IMG/VR virus record: IMGVR_UViG_3300032226_000829
DNA length: 64,000 bases
Reading direction: 5' to 3' (one strand)
Source: a virus
Taxonomy: Duplodnaviria > Caudoviricetes
Positions 39,051 through 48,127 of this stretch are shown piece after piece (positions within the stretch are counted from its first letter, which is position 1; the number at the start of each line of letters is the position of its first letter). Below the pieces are notes generated by a model. That model ran no database searches. It was not told the DNA's origin and worked only from the letters and a program-made list of their open reading frames with translations. The position numbers and the translations under genes were made by a program.

Positions 39051-39164
39051 TTATTTGTTGATTACAACTTTTCTTACAATCACCCTAACACTTACTGTTT
39101 TACTAGAAATAAATTGTTTGATTGTGTCAATCACTCCTGTGATTGTATTGATTATAGCCTTCAT
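39051..39164 (-). CDS. 37-aa micropeptide
   Basis: MKAIINTITGVIDTIKQFISSKTVSVRVIVRKVVINK; GGGAG RBS; TAAATA upstream at 39218-39223. Confidence 0.5.
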   Translation of the reverse strand: MKAIINTITGVIDTIKQFISSKTVSVRVIVRKVVINK

Positions 39165-39260
39165 AGCCTATTCTCCCTTGTTTGAGTTAAGACATCATTC
39201 TATGAATGATGACTAGATATTTATTAATCAGAATGTAAATGTAAAATGCTGTTAGATTAA

Positions 39261-39803
39261 TTATAAAGTAGTATAATTGAATGTCAAAACTATTCTTCTC
39301 TCATTGGCTATTGGAGTTTGACTACTGTGGAATTGAGTACCATCAAAACTGTGCCATGTGTTGCACACAGGTTTCACAGATTCTTGCACTGTGTATTTTT
39401 CACTTTCTTTTCTTTCATTATAAATTAAAGTATCACCATCAGACTCTATCACATAAAATAATCCTGTTTGGTGTGGACGTCCATCATCAATGTGTGCATC
39501 ATGAGTGACCAAATACGGTGTGCGTGTGATCAATCCCAAACGTATGCGATACAAATCTTTCAGTATCACTCCTTCTTTATCCAAAGCCACGCATAGAATA
39601 TTAAATGCAGCATCAAAAAGATTGCTGACAGGTCCTTGTTCATTTTTATAAATCAAGTGACTGAAACTGCCAGCATACTCGCCTTTTTCTGTGGGCAGTG
39701 CTGTGGTGGTCATATGGTACCAAACCACTCCTGGACTGGCCAGTTGTTGCTGAGCCAAATTCAATTGATTTGGTCCTAATAAATTGGTAATATGTTTAGA
39801 CAT
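39261..39803 (-). CDS. 2OG-Fe(II) oxygenase superfamily protein
   Basis: HxD (AHIDD), FYVIESDGDT, distal H (FHSS) and R (ERRIVLTFN). Confidence 0.75.
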   Translation of the reverse strand: MSKHITNLLGPNQLNLAQQQLASPGVVWYHMTTTALPTEKGEYAGSFSHLIYKNEQGPVSNLFDAAFNILCVALDKEGVILKDLYRIRLGLITRTPYLVTHDAHIDDGRPHQTGLFYVIESDGDTLIYNERKESEKYTVQESVKPVCNTWHSFDGTQFHSSQTPIANERRIVLTFNYTTL

Positions 39804-39939
39804 TTTATAGTAGTTATTGCATTGCGTTTTGATTGATTTCAGTCATGATAATGTGGTATTTGCATATTGATTGTTCTTAGTTCATGTTTGTTATCTTGAC
39901 CCGTATAAAGACGTGTATATGGGAATTAAATGGTGTTTT

Positions 39940-40860
39940 TTAGGGGTATTGAATGGTGTGTGTCCACAGTTTGTCCACCACCGTTTTTACACACTGCTGC
40001 CATTCACTCACATCAGATTCAGCTTGTGCCTGCCACCAAATATCCTGATCCCACCATCCTGCTTGAATGGTTAGGTTTTGATTTTTTACTTGAGCCACCA
40101 CTCCGGCTGCTGTGTCACAATCACCGTTGATGCCAGCCAGCACTGCTCGTTCACACCACAATTCAATAGTTTCCTCTGGTAGTAAGAATGGTTGCCAAAG
40201 ATCCCATGAACGTTGATCTTTCTCTCTGATTTGAACCACCACACAACCAGCACCAGCAGCAGGCAACATTAATTCGTTTGGTAATATTTCGTGAGCTCCA
40301 CTCCATGTGGGATGATTCCAATTGTTCTGTGTGTCTAATAAATTCAAACGTTGCACAGCACACTCAGCCATAATGATGGCAGAATATTCTCCATCAATTA
40401 ATTTTTTTAATCTAGTACCGATGTTGCCTCGTAGACTGACCACTTCTACATCTGGTCTCAACAATCGAAACTGAGCAGCACGTCTGGCGCTGCTGGTGCC
40501 TACGCGAGTGTAGCTGGGAATTTCAGTGTAAGAATTATAAGCACTCAGCACACAATCTCTACGATCATCTCTTCGCCACACACAGCCCAACAGTGTGGTG
40601 CCTGGTTGCACTTGAGTGGGCACATCTTTAGCACTGTGTATTACACAATCCACTTCACCTGCCAGCAATGCTTGTTCTAACTCTCTACAAAAAGCACCTT
40701 TGCCGCCTACTTCACTCAAGGGTCTATCAGTTACTAGATCTCCAGTGCTGACAATTTGTTTGATTGTGGTGGGTATGGATAAACCTTTCAGTGCCCACTG
40801 TGTTTGCACCATGGCCAGGTCTGACTGACGACTGCCCACAGTGTACACAGAAGTTTTCAT
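39940..40860 (-). CDS. hemC: Porphobilinogen deaminase (hydroxymethylbilane synthase)
   Basis: GSRQSDLAMVQ, GGKGAF, HSAKDVP, GTSSARR, LRGNIGTRL, cofactor Cys in NGDCDT. Confidence 0.92.
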   Translation of the reverse strand: MKTSVYTVGSRQSDLAMVQTQWALKGLSIPTTIKQIVSTGDLVTDRPLSEVGGKGAFCRELEQALLAGEVDCVIHSAKDVPTQVQPGTTLLGCVWRRDDRRDCVLSAYNSYTEIPSYTRVGTSSARRAAQFRLLRPDVEVVSLRGNIGTRLKKLIDGEYSAIIMAECAVQRLNLLDTQNNWNHPTWSGAHEILPNELMLPAAGAGCVVVQIREKDQRSWDLWQPFLLPEETIELWCERAVLAGINGDCDTAAGVVAQVKNQNLTIQAGWWDQDIWWQAQAESDVSEWQQCVKTVVDKLWTHTIQYP

Positions 40861-40866
40861 GATGGT

Positions 40867-41121
40867 TTAACGTCTACCCGACAGACCTTTTTTCTTGTGT
40901 TTCTTATCCAGTCCTAATTTTCTTTTGCGACCAACGGGTAGATCCATCCAGTAGCTCATGGGTTCACCTCGCTTGGTGAGATAGGTCACTTGTGTATCTG
41001 ACACTTTGACTTTGGATTGAAATTGTTTCACTGCTCTTTTCCAGCTGAGTGCATCAATAGAATCTTTTTTGATTGTGCCTTGTTCAAAATAATCAAATTG
41101 GTATGTTTTCATTTTTGGCAT
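40867..41121 (-). CDS. Hypothetical basic protein
   Basis: 84-aa ORF directly upstream of hemC on the same strand. Confidence 0.6.
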   Translation of the reverse strand: MPKMKTYQFDYFEQGTIKKDSIDALSWKRAVKQFQSKVKVSDTQVTYLTKRGEPMSYWMDLPVGRKRKLGLDKKHKKKGLSGRR

Positions 41122-41197
41122 GATTGAATCCTTTGTTTTGAAATATTTATTGTGAAAAAAAAATTAACAACTTATTCTGAAATGATAATTAATGTAT

Positions 41198-41668
41198 ATG
41201 GCCATACTATACCAATTATGCTGTGGTAACCAACACCAATTTGAAGGATGGTTTCCCAGCATAGCACAATTTGACACACAAAAAGAAAAAGGACAATTGC
41301 AGTGCCCCATGTGTGGCACCAAACAAGTAGATCGTGACATCATGTCACCCAGAGTGGGCAAAAATAAAAAAATCAAAACCAAAAAGTCCACACGTCAAGA
41401 ACGCTTGGATGCATTAAAAGATCAAGTGCAGTCTCCTACAGAAATGATGATGGGCACTAGAGTGAAAGAAATGATGCGTACCATACGTGATCATGTCAAA
41501 CGTGAATATGAATTTGTGGGTGATCGCTTTGTGAAAGAAGTTAAAAAATACGAACATGGTGAACGTGATGATCGTTTTTATGGAACTCCTAGCGAGGAAG
41601 AAGCACGCAAATTGATAGAAGAAGGTGTGGATCTGTTTGTGGTGCCTGATGTTAAGGACGATGCCTAA
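41198..41668 (+). CDS. DUF1178-like zinc-ribbon protein
   Basis: YQLCCGNQHQFEGWF..., QCPMCG, YVGDRF-like FVGDRF, EEARKLIEEG. Confidence 0.8.
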   Translation: MAILYQLCCGNQHQFEGWFPSIAQFDTQKEKGQLQCPMCGTKQVDRDIMSPRVGKNKKIKTKKSTRQERLDALKDQVQSPTEMMMGTRVKEMMRTIRDHVKREYEFVGDRFVKEVKKYEHGERDDRFYGTPSEEEARKLIEEGVDLFVVPDVKDDA

Positions 41669-41727
41669 ACACATTAAGTGCAAATATAATAAATTTTTTA
41701 AGTGATCCATTCACGATAAATAATTGC

Positions 41728-41919
41728 ATGCACACACACGGATACAACGATAAAATTGGGCCCAACGCTGGCAATTTTCAAGAATATACCTACGAATTGG
41801 AATGGATGGAATGTGTGTGGAACAACACCTATCAGATCACAGACATGGTCACTGCATACTGGTATCCATGGATACGCAATGCTGTGCTGGAGTCAATCCC
41901 CCACACAGAAGTTAATTAA
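41728..41919 (+). CDS. Small hypothetical late protein
   Basis: 63 aa; TAAATA 5 nt upstream. Confidence 0.6.
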   Translation: MHTHGYNDKIGPNAGNFQEYTYELEWMECVWNNTYQITDMVTAYWYPWIRNAVLESIPHTEVN

Positions 41920-42064
41920 TACATGATTGAATGTGTTTGTTCTAAATGCTCTTGTGAACATCATTGTGAACAAGAATGTGCTGAATGTCAAATATGTGAA
42001 AAGTGTGACTGTGATCACTGTGAAAACAAAAAAGAGCATAAAGTAGATATCTATCTAACCTAAA

Positions 42065-42487
42065 ATGAAAATATCTGAATTCATATCTGAAGGTGCTGGT
42101 TTGTCTGGATTTTTCAAAGACGAAGAACTCAAAGCATGGAATTTTCCTCAGGGATATGCTTCTGATGCAGATGTGGAAGGTCCTCATCTGAGCAACAGCA
42201 CTGCTAGAGAAGTTTTGACAGCATTGGGAATGAATCCAGATTTTGAAAATTCAGAGCCTGTTAAAATAGAGGTATTCATTAATCTTGCCACACAATGGTT
42301 ACAAAAACACATTGGTAAACCCAGCTCAGCTAGAACAACCACAGTGAATAAAAAAGATTCAGGAGCCACAGTTTATGATATAGGTAAACCTCAAGGTCGT
42401 CTTAATGATTTAATATTACAATTGAGCCAACAAGCAAGAAAAATCAAACAAAAATATCCCACCATCACTCACGTGGCCTTTGTTTAA
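42065..42487 (+). CDS. Putative internal head protein with capsid-targeting-like N-terminus
   Basis: Starts MKISEFISE|GA. Confidence 0.55.
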   Translation: MKISEFISEGAGLSGFFKDEELKAWNFPQGYASDADVEGPHLSNSTAREVLTALGMNPDFENSEPVKIEVFINLATQWLQKHIGKPSSARTTTVNKKDSGATVYDIGKPQGRLNDLILQLSQQARKIKQKYPTITHVAFV

Positions 42488-42495
42488 TATTTTTA

Positions 42496-42666
42496 TTATC
42501 TATTTTTCAATTCTTTAATAACTTTTAATTGTTCTTCAGCAGTCATCTTGTGCCAGTTATTGATCTCGTCTGCTGTTCGTGAGCAGCCCATGCACAAACC
42601 ACTCTCCCAGTCAATGGAGCATATTTGAATGCAAGGGTTCGTCACCTGCTGGTGTTTCTTTTCCAT
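42496..42666 (-). CDS. DUF1289-like Cys-rich protein (56 aa; absent from ORF track)
   Basis: Translated by hand: NPCIQICSID...GLCMGCSRTADEINNWHKM; TAAATA 5 nt upstream. Confidence 0.8.
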   Translation of the reverse strand: MEKKHQQVTNPCIQICSIDWESGLCMGCSRTADEINNWHKMTAEEQLKVIKELKNR

Positions 42667-42682
42667 GCTGTTATTTAATGTT

Positions 42683-43744
42683 TTACTTGTCAGCAGTTAT
42701 GTGTGGCAACACAAACTGTATGCCCAGCCAACGAAACTTCTTGGCACTGTCGGCGAAACTGCAGTTAATCCTGGCAGTTCTTACTTTATAAGGATTCAAA
42801 GGTTCTATGACCACTGTGTTTTCTCCCGTGAATCTCAGTGGCACAGTGGGCCAACTATCTCCGTCATTGGTGGTACACACTATGTGCTTGAGATTCTTCA
42901 ACCCTGGCACAAACTCTATCTCCAGCTGTGGTGGGTTATTGAACTCTGACACTTTCTTGTCTGCAGGTAGGAATCGTACATAGGGCATGGGCAGTGTGTT
43001 CAACACCATTTCAAATCTGTCAGCCTTGCCCCAATTCTCGTTGATGGGGAATCGTGGCAGTTCAAACTTGTCTTTAACACTGTCCATCACTCCTGAATGC
43101 TGTCCAAATGCCAATCTGAATCCCATGCCTCTGACCATCTCTTTGAACTCCAGGCCATACTCTCCAAATGGATATGAGAAATACTCGGGTATGGATCCCA
43201 GCTCTCTCTGAAAGTCTTTGTTAGCCTGCCATAGATCATTCTGTATCTCATCTCGGCTTTTGTTCATTAGATAATCATGTGAGTATGAATGATGTCCTAT
43301 CACTCCCAATCCTGACTCGTGTATCTCTCGCACCTGTGCCCAGGTCATGTAATTTCGGTTCTTGGAATTGATTTCTCTGGTGTTCAAGAACAGCACAAAA
43401 GGTATGCCTTCTTTTTTCAGTATGGGCCAAGCATGTTTGTAGAAACTGGCCCAGGCATCGTCGATGGTCAGCAGCACTCTTTTGTTGTGTAGTTCTCTGT
43501 GCCCATGCATGTAGTCGTCCAACTCTTCTATGGAGATAAAGTCCAGATTCATCTTGCGTATCATCCGGATCTGTTTTTCAAACTCCTTGACCTTGACATT
43601 GGTTGTGGGGTATTTGTTCTCGTCAAACTTGTGATACATCAATCCAATCACGCCAGGTTCTTGGTGAGGTTCTAAAGAAAAAGATGTAACAGTGATTGAA
43701 ATTAATAATAAAGAAGAAAAAATTAATTTAATAATTTTGGCCAT
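42683..43744 (-). CDS. Secreted polysaccharide deacetylase (NodB/CE4)
   Basis: Signal-like N-terminus; LMYHKF, LTIDDA, HHSYSH, YFSYPFGE, LPRFPI. Confidence 0.88.
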   Translation of the reverse strand: MAKIIKLIFSSLLLISITVTSFSLEPHQEPGVIGLMYHKFDENKYPTTNVKVKEFEKQIRMIRKMNLDFISIEELDDYMHGHRELHNKRVLLTIDDAWASFYKHAWPILKKEGIPFVLFLNTREINSKNRNYMTWAQVREIHESGLGVIGHHSYSHDYLMNKSRDEIQNDLWQANKDFQRELGSIPEYFSYPFGEYGLEFKEMVRGMGFRLAFGQHSGVMDSVKDKFELPRFPINENWGKADRFEMVLNTLPMPYVRFLPADKKVSEFNNPPQLEIEFVPGLKNLKHIVCTTNDGDSWPTVPLRFTGENTVVIEPLNPYKVRTARINCSFADSAKKFRWLGIQFVLPHITADK

Positions 43745-44502
43745 TTTCTTAGATCAGGTTTAGTCTTTTCTATCTTGGTTTTTTCTTTGGGCAACTTAGG
43801 CATGAAGTTTATGCCTGTGAGTTTTTCCACTGCTTCTACTGTGGTGGCATATTTGGCAAGATCTTCCACAGGTAGAGCTGTGTTGGGAAATATGAATGCT
43901 ATGGCCTTGCCTTCTTTTCTATCGATAATCACTTTCCACAATTGATCAGGCACTCCCACCTTGCCTTCGCCTATGGTTTTAAATTCTTTGTTGTACACTG
44001 TGCCGCTGATCACGTAGATATCCATGCCATGATCTACTACCCAATCTCTCACAAATGTTTCCAACTGTTTCCATATGCCTCTGTTGTGATTGGGCACTTG
44101 TGGCACCATGTTGGATAGAAAGAAACTTTCACTCATTGCCTGTTCACTCTGTGTGTTGTTGCCTGCTGGAGCAAGATGTCCTCTGTCGTAAGGATGACCT
44201 GCATAATCTTTCAGTGTGGCATTGTGTTGTGCGGGTATGGCTGGATCTGATCTGAAGTCATCTTTGCGTTTGAATGTGCCTGTGGTACCTTCCATGGTCA
44301 CATGCTCCACCACATACTCTGCCGTCTTGGTATCATATCTGTAATGAACAGCATAATTGATTTTGCAAAGATATTGAGTGTTCTGTTTGATTTTAGAAAC
44401 TGGTGCACCCAAAAGCACGTGTTGTGGACACTGGTCATCTATAGGATTTGCCCAAACTCCTGTGATTGATAAAATTAAAATTAATAATATTTTATAGTAC
44501 AT
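43723..44502 (-). CDS. Secreted DNA/RNA non-specific endonuclease (NucA family)
   Basis: Signal peptide; YDRGHLAPA, SFFLSNMVPQ, NRGIWKQLE. Confidence 0.92.
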   Translation of the reverse strand: MYYKILLILILSITGVWANPIDDQCPQHVLLGAPVSKIKQNTQYLCKINYAVHYRYDTKTAEYVVEHVTMEGTTGTFKRKDDFRSDPAIPAQHNATLKDYAGHPYDRGHLAPAGNNTQSEQAMSESFFLSNMVPQVPNHNRGIWKQLETFVRDWVVDHGMDIYVISGTVYNKEFKTIGEGKVGVPDQLWKVIIDRKEGKAIAFIFPNTALPVEDLAKYATTVEAVEKLTGINFMPKLPKEKTKIEKTKPDLRKWPKLLN

Positions 44503-44590
44503 ATTGAATGTACTTATATTATACTATATTATGTGTGTTTGGAAAAGGCTTCACAGTGCCAAAAAAGCACTGTGAGCCCAGGAATCAAAT

Positions 44591-44902
44591 TTATTTTTTC
44601 TTTTTTTTGGCAGGTTTTTCGTCTTCGTCTTCAAAATCTACGTCTATTTCTTCGTCAAGATCTTCTATATCTTCTTCAGACTCGTCTTCACTGTCTTCAC
44701 TGTCTTCGCTGTCCTCATCAGTATCATCCTCATCTTCAAAATAAGAATCATCAGAATCAGTATCTTCTTCGTCTGAATCTATTTCGTAAATGTAGTTTTC
44801 AATGATTGATTTAATTTCAGTTTGTTTTTCTTGTATTTTTTCTATAGAGTCGTCAATTTGTTCAAACAGTTTGTCAATTTTCTTTTGATTAAGTTTAGCC
44901 AT
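44591..44902 (-). CDS. Highly acidic small protein with Lys tail
   Basis: Coiled N-terminus, long D/E/S tract, KPAKKKKK end. Confidence 0.7.
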   Translation of the reverse strand: MAKLNQKKIDKLFEQIDDSIEKIQEKQTEIKSIIENYIYEIDSDEEDTDSDDSYFEDEDDTDEDSEDSEDSEDESEEDIEDLDEEIDVDFEDEDEKPAKKKKK

Positions 44903-45022
44903 AGTGATCCTCCCATTGTGTGGTGATGTTATTTAATTTATAATTGAAAAATTTTAAATGACCATTTAAAACAAATTATATACCTAGATAACTGCGTACA
45001 TTATTGCTGTAAATATTAAGTC

Positions 45023-45493
45023 ATGACAATATCAAACATACTTAAACCTATCAGTGTGGCTCTAGCTATATTCTTAGCTGCAGACTACTCCCTTGCTGGA
45101 CCATTGCCTGACTACTCGTTCAAAAGCCCTGCTTTTAATGGCAATGGTTACAGCACTCACGAGTTGACCAAGTATAACCTGGAACAAACTCGTGCCAAGG
45201 AGATTCAACAGGCCTTGGAATCCAAAGCTGCGGCTGCCAAAGCAGAGGCTAAGAACACGCCCATCAATCAGTTCATGGTCAATTTAGAATCAAGAATTTA
45301 CGCACAGATCAGTCAAAATTTAGCCACTGCTATGTTTGCAGATGGTGCAGCCACCACTGGCAGCATGACTTTTCAAGGCAACACCATATACTGGAACAAG
45401 AACGGCACCACGAGCATCACGTTGATGGTGACAGATACTCTGGGCAACAACACCACCATAGAAGTGCCATTGGGACAATTTACATTTAATTAA
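45023..45493 (+). CDS. csgF: Curli assembly protein CsgF-like
   Basis: Signal peptide; YSFKSPAFNG, FMVNLESRIYAQIS, TTIEVP; adjacent to csgG; TAAATA 7 nt upstream. Confidence 0.75.
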   Translation: MTISNILKPISVALAIFLAADYSLAGPLPDYSFKSPAFNGNGYSTHELTKYNLEQTRAKEIQQALESKAAAAKAEAKNTPINQFMVNLESRIYAQISQNLATAMFADGAATTGSMTFQGNTIYWNKNGTTSITLMVTDTLGNNTTIEVPLGQFTFN

Positions 45494-45494
45494 T

Positions 45495-46352
45495 ATGATA
45501 AAAATTGCTTTGACATTGGGATTATTATTGCTGAGTAATTGTGCAGTGATGCAGAAAGGTGGCATGGAAAGCAAACCTGAAATCACTGAGATGAAAATGC
45601 AAAAAGAATTTGACACAGTGCCTACACCAGCACAGAAGAAGATCACAGTGGCAGTGTACAGTTTTCAAGACAAAACAGGACAGCGTAGGAACACTCCCAA
45701 CGTGGCCAGTTTCTCCACAGCAGTCACACAGGGTGCAGAACCATTCCTGATCAAAGCTCTGCAAGATGTGGGCAAAGGTCAATGGTTTGATGTGGTAGAA
45801 CGAGTGAACGTGGACAACCTGATCAAAGAGAGAACCATCATCAAACAGATGAGAGACATGTATGAGGGCGGCAATGCCAAGAGTGTGCCACCATTGCAAT
45901 TTGCAGGCATCATAGTGGAAGGTGGCATCATTGGCTACGACAGTGGCATGGAGTCAGGTGGAGCTGCTTACAAATGGTTGGGCATAGGACCACAATCACA
46001 ATATTCCAAAGACGTAGTGACCATCAGTTTAAGAGCAGTATCAGTGAGCAGCGGCAAGGTGTTGGCTACTATCACAGTGAGCAAGACAATTTACAGCACA
46101 GCAGACAGCATTGCCATATTGAAAGCATTCAGAGGCGGCACTGCATTTTTTGAAGCTGAGACAGGACTTACTATCAACGAACCCACCACTCTGGCAGTAA
46201 AGGCCACAGTCGAGGCAGCAGTGGTGGAATTAATAAATGAAGGCGAGCGCAAAGGTATTTGGAGTTTTAAAGATCCTAAACCTGAGAACCTAGACGAGTG
46301 GTATGAAAATAATAACCAACAATTAAACAAAAAACAAGAGGAACAAAAATGA
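45495..46352 (+). CDS. csgG: Curli secretion channel lipoprotein CsgG
   Basis: Lipobox LSNC; VAVYSFQDKTGQ, FSTAVTQG, WFDVVER, IVEGGIIGYD. Confidence 0.93.
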   Translation: MIKIALTLGLLLLSNCAVMQKGGMESKPEITEMKMQKEFDTVPTPAQKKITVAVYSFQDKTGQRRNTPNVASFSTAVTQGAEPFLIKALQDVGKGQWFDVVERVNVDNLIKERTIIKQMRDMYEGGNAKSVPPLQFAGIIVEGGIIGYDSGMESGGAAYKWLGIGPQSQYSKDVVTISLRAVSVSSGKVLATITVSKTIYSTADSIAILKAFRGGTAFFEAETGLTINEPTTLAVKATVEAAVVELINEGERKGIWSFKDPKPENLDEWYENNNQQLNKKQEEQK

Positions 46353-47296
46353 AAAATATGAAAATAATAATTCCTTGCTTGGTTACCATACTATATTCAA
46401 CATCAGCTTTGTCTGATGATAATTTGATTTATATTGACCAAGTGGGTTCGTCATCTGACGTCACAGTAACACAAACAGGCAGTGGCAACACAGTGGGTGG
46501 TACCAGTGGTGCGGCTGCAACAGGTAATAGAGCGTCTTTGTCAGGATCAGATCAAACCATCAGTGTGACACAAACTGGCGATGGCAACACATTAAAATTA
46601 AAAACACAAGATGGATCCACAGGAACCAGCATAACGAACTATTCAGCGACCGGTGACAACAACACGTCTATCGTGGACACTGTGAGCTCGGGTGCAGGTA
46701 ACACCATCAATCAAACCATATATGGTGACACCAACACTACCAATGTCAATGTTAGAGGCAACAGTGGCGCCAACTCTGTGACCACAAATATTGGAACATC
46801 AGGTGCCAACAGCAACAGCAACACTGTGAATCAAAGTACCAGCGGTACTCTGAACAGTCAAACTGTGAGCATCACAGGTGGCAACAGCAACACCGTAACT
46901 GTGCTGCAAGGCAAAGGATCTTCTCTGACCAATGATATCACAGTGCCCACCACTTCAGGCACGTTGTTGGGATTAGATTCCGCCACATTTGGATCTGGCT
47001 CAACCAGTGACAAGGCCACTGCTTCAGTGACCATACAGGGTGGCAGCAACAATGTGAGAATTGGACAGGTGGGTGGAGATGCCACAGGCAACTCGGCCAC
47101 TGTGGACATCTTAGGATCTTCCAACGGCATCAGCATTGCACAACAGGGACTGGGACACAGCTCATCTAGTTTGACTGTGACTGGTGGCAGCAACACTTTG
47201 AACGTGGGACAGAATGCTACGTCAGGCAACACCAATACTACCACTATGAGTGTGACTGGCAGCAACAACTTGGTCAACATACAACAAAATCACTAG
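46349..47296 (+). CDS. Curlin-repeat protein 1
   Basis: Signal peptide; DNLIYIDQVG and tandem N-x5-Q-x-G-x2-N repeats, very S/T/G/N-rich. Confidence 0.75.
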   Translation: MKNMKIIIPCLVTILYSTSALSDDNLIYIDQVGSSSDVTVTQTGSGNTVGGTSGAAATGNRASLSGSDQTISVTQTGDGNTLKLKTQDGSTGTSITNYSATGDNNTSIVDTVSSGAGNTINQTIYGDTNTTNVNVRGNSGANSVTTNIGTSGANSNSNTVNQSTSGTLNSQTVSITGGNSNTVTVLQGKGSSLTNDITVPTTSGTLLGLDSATFGSGSTSDKATASVTIQGGSNNVRIGQVGGDATGNSATVDILGSSNGISIAQQGLGHSSSSLTVTGGSNTLNVGQNATSGNTNTTTMSVTGSNNLVNIQQNH

Positions 47297-47305
47297 GAAT
47301 GTCCA

Positions 47306-48127
47306 ATGAGACTTCTAAATTGGCTCACAGCAGGATTGATCGTTTCCTCGGCAACCTGCTGGGCAGCTGACAACGAGGCCTACATTGATCAACTGGGAGA
47401 ATATGCCACCATATATGTGGAACAGGATGGTTCAGCCAACAGCCTAGGCGGAGTGGATGGACCCATATGGTACAGCAATCCTGCCATGATGTATGGTGAT
47501 GGTCAAAATGTGGACATCAGACAGGTGGGATCTGGCAACTACTTAAAATTTTCTATTTTCACTAAATTGGAAGACTACGCATATACCAGAACCGGAGTCA
47601 CATGCACAGGAGTGTGTGGTGAAGCGGATGCCAACGAGTTCGTGGTGTATACCACTGGCTACGGCAACCTGGGCACTGTGAACGTCAATGCCGATGGTGA
47701 GGTGGAAACATCTGGCATAGCACTGTACCTATCGGAGACTGGAGATTTCAATGAGAGCAACATATCCATCACTGGGTTGAAGCACACAGTGGTGCTGCTG
47801 ACCATGGGCGACGTCAACACATTCAACAGCGTGACTACAGGCGAAGAGAACTTCTCCTACACCAGCGTCACAGGATATCTCAACACTATTTCTATCACTC
47901 AAAGTGGCACTAAAGGTTTAGTCATATTGGACATAGCAGGCAATCAGAACACTGCCACTGTCACACAATCAGGTGGAGGAGCTCTAGGGCATTGGACCAA
48001 TCTTTCTGTCAGTGGCAATCTTAACACTCACACCATAGCACAGTCAGGCACAGCGGCGGACAGCGTGGTGGATATCAAGACCACGGGCGGCAGCAACAAC
48101 TTTAACATCAACGTGAATTCAAGATAA
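47306..48127 (+). CDS. Curlin-repeat protein 2
   Basis: Signal peptide; DNEAYIDQLG, QVGSGN, QSG repeats. Confidence 0.75.
   Translation: MRLLNWLTAGLIVSSATCWAADNEAYIDQLGEYATIYVEQDGSANSLGGVDGPIWYSNPAMMYGDGQNVDIRQVGSGNYLKFSIFTKLEDYAYTRTGVTCTGVCGEADANEFVVYTTGYGNLGTVNVNADGEVETSGIALYLSETGDFNESNISITGLKHTVVLLTMGDVNTFNSVTTGEENFSYTSVTGYLNTISITQSGTKGLVILDIAGNQNTATVTQSGGGALGHWTNLSVSGNLNTHTIAQSGTAADSVVDIKTTGGSNNFNINVNSR

Noticed and set aside
38992-39216. Plus-strand hydrophobic 74-aa ORF
   Set aside because: No RBS or promoter; it is the shadow of the minus-strand 37-aa ORF, which has both RBS and TAAATA box.
42579-42949. Plus-strand ORFs 42579-42791 and 42629-42949
   Set aside because: Antisense shadows of the DUF1289-like gene and the deacetylase.
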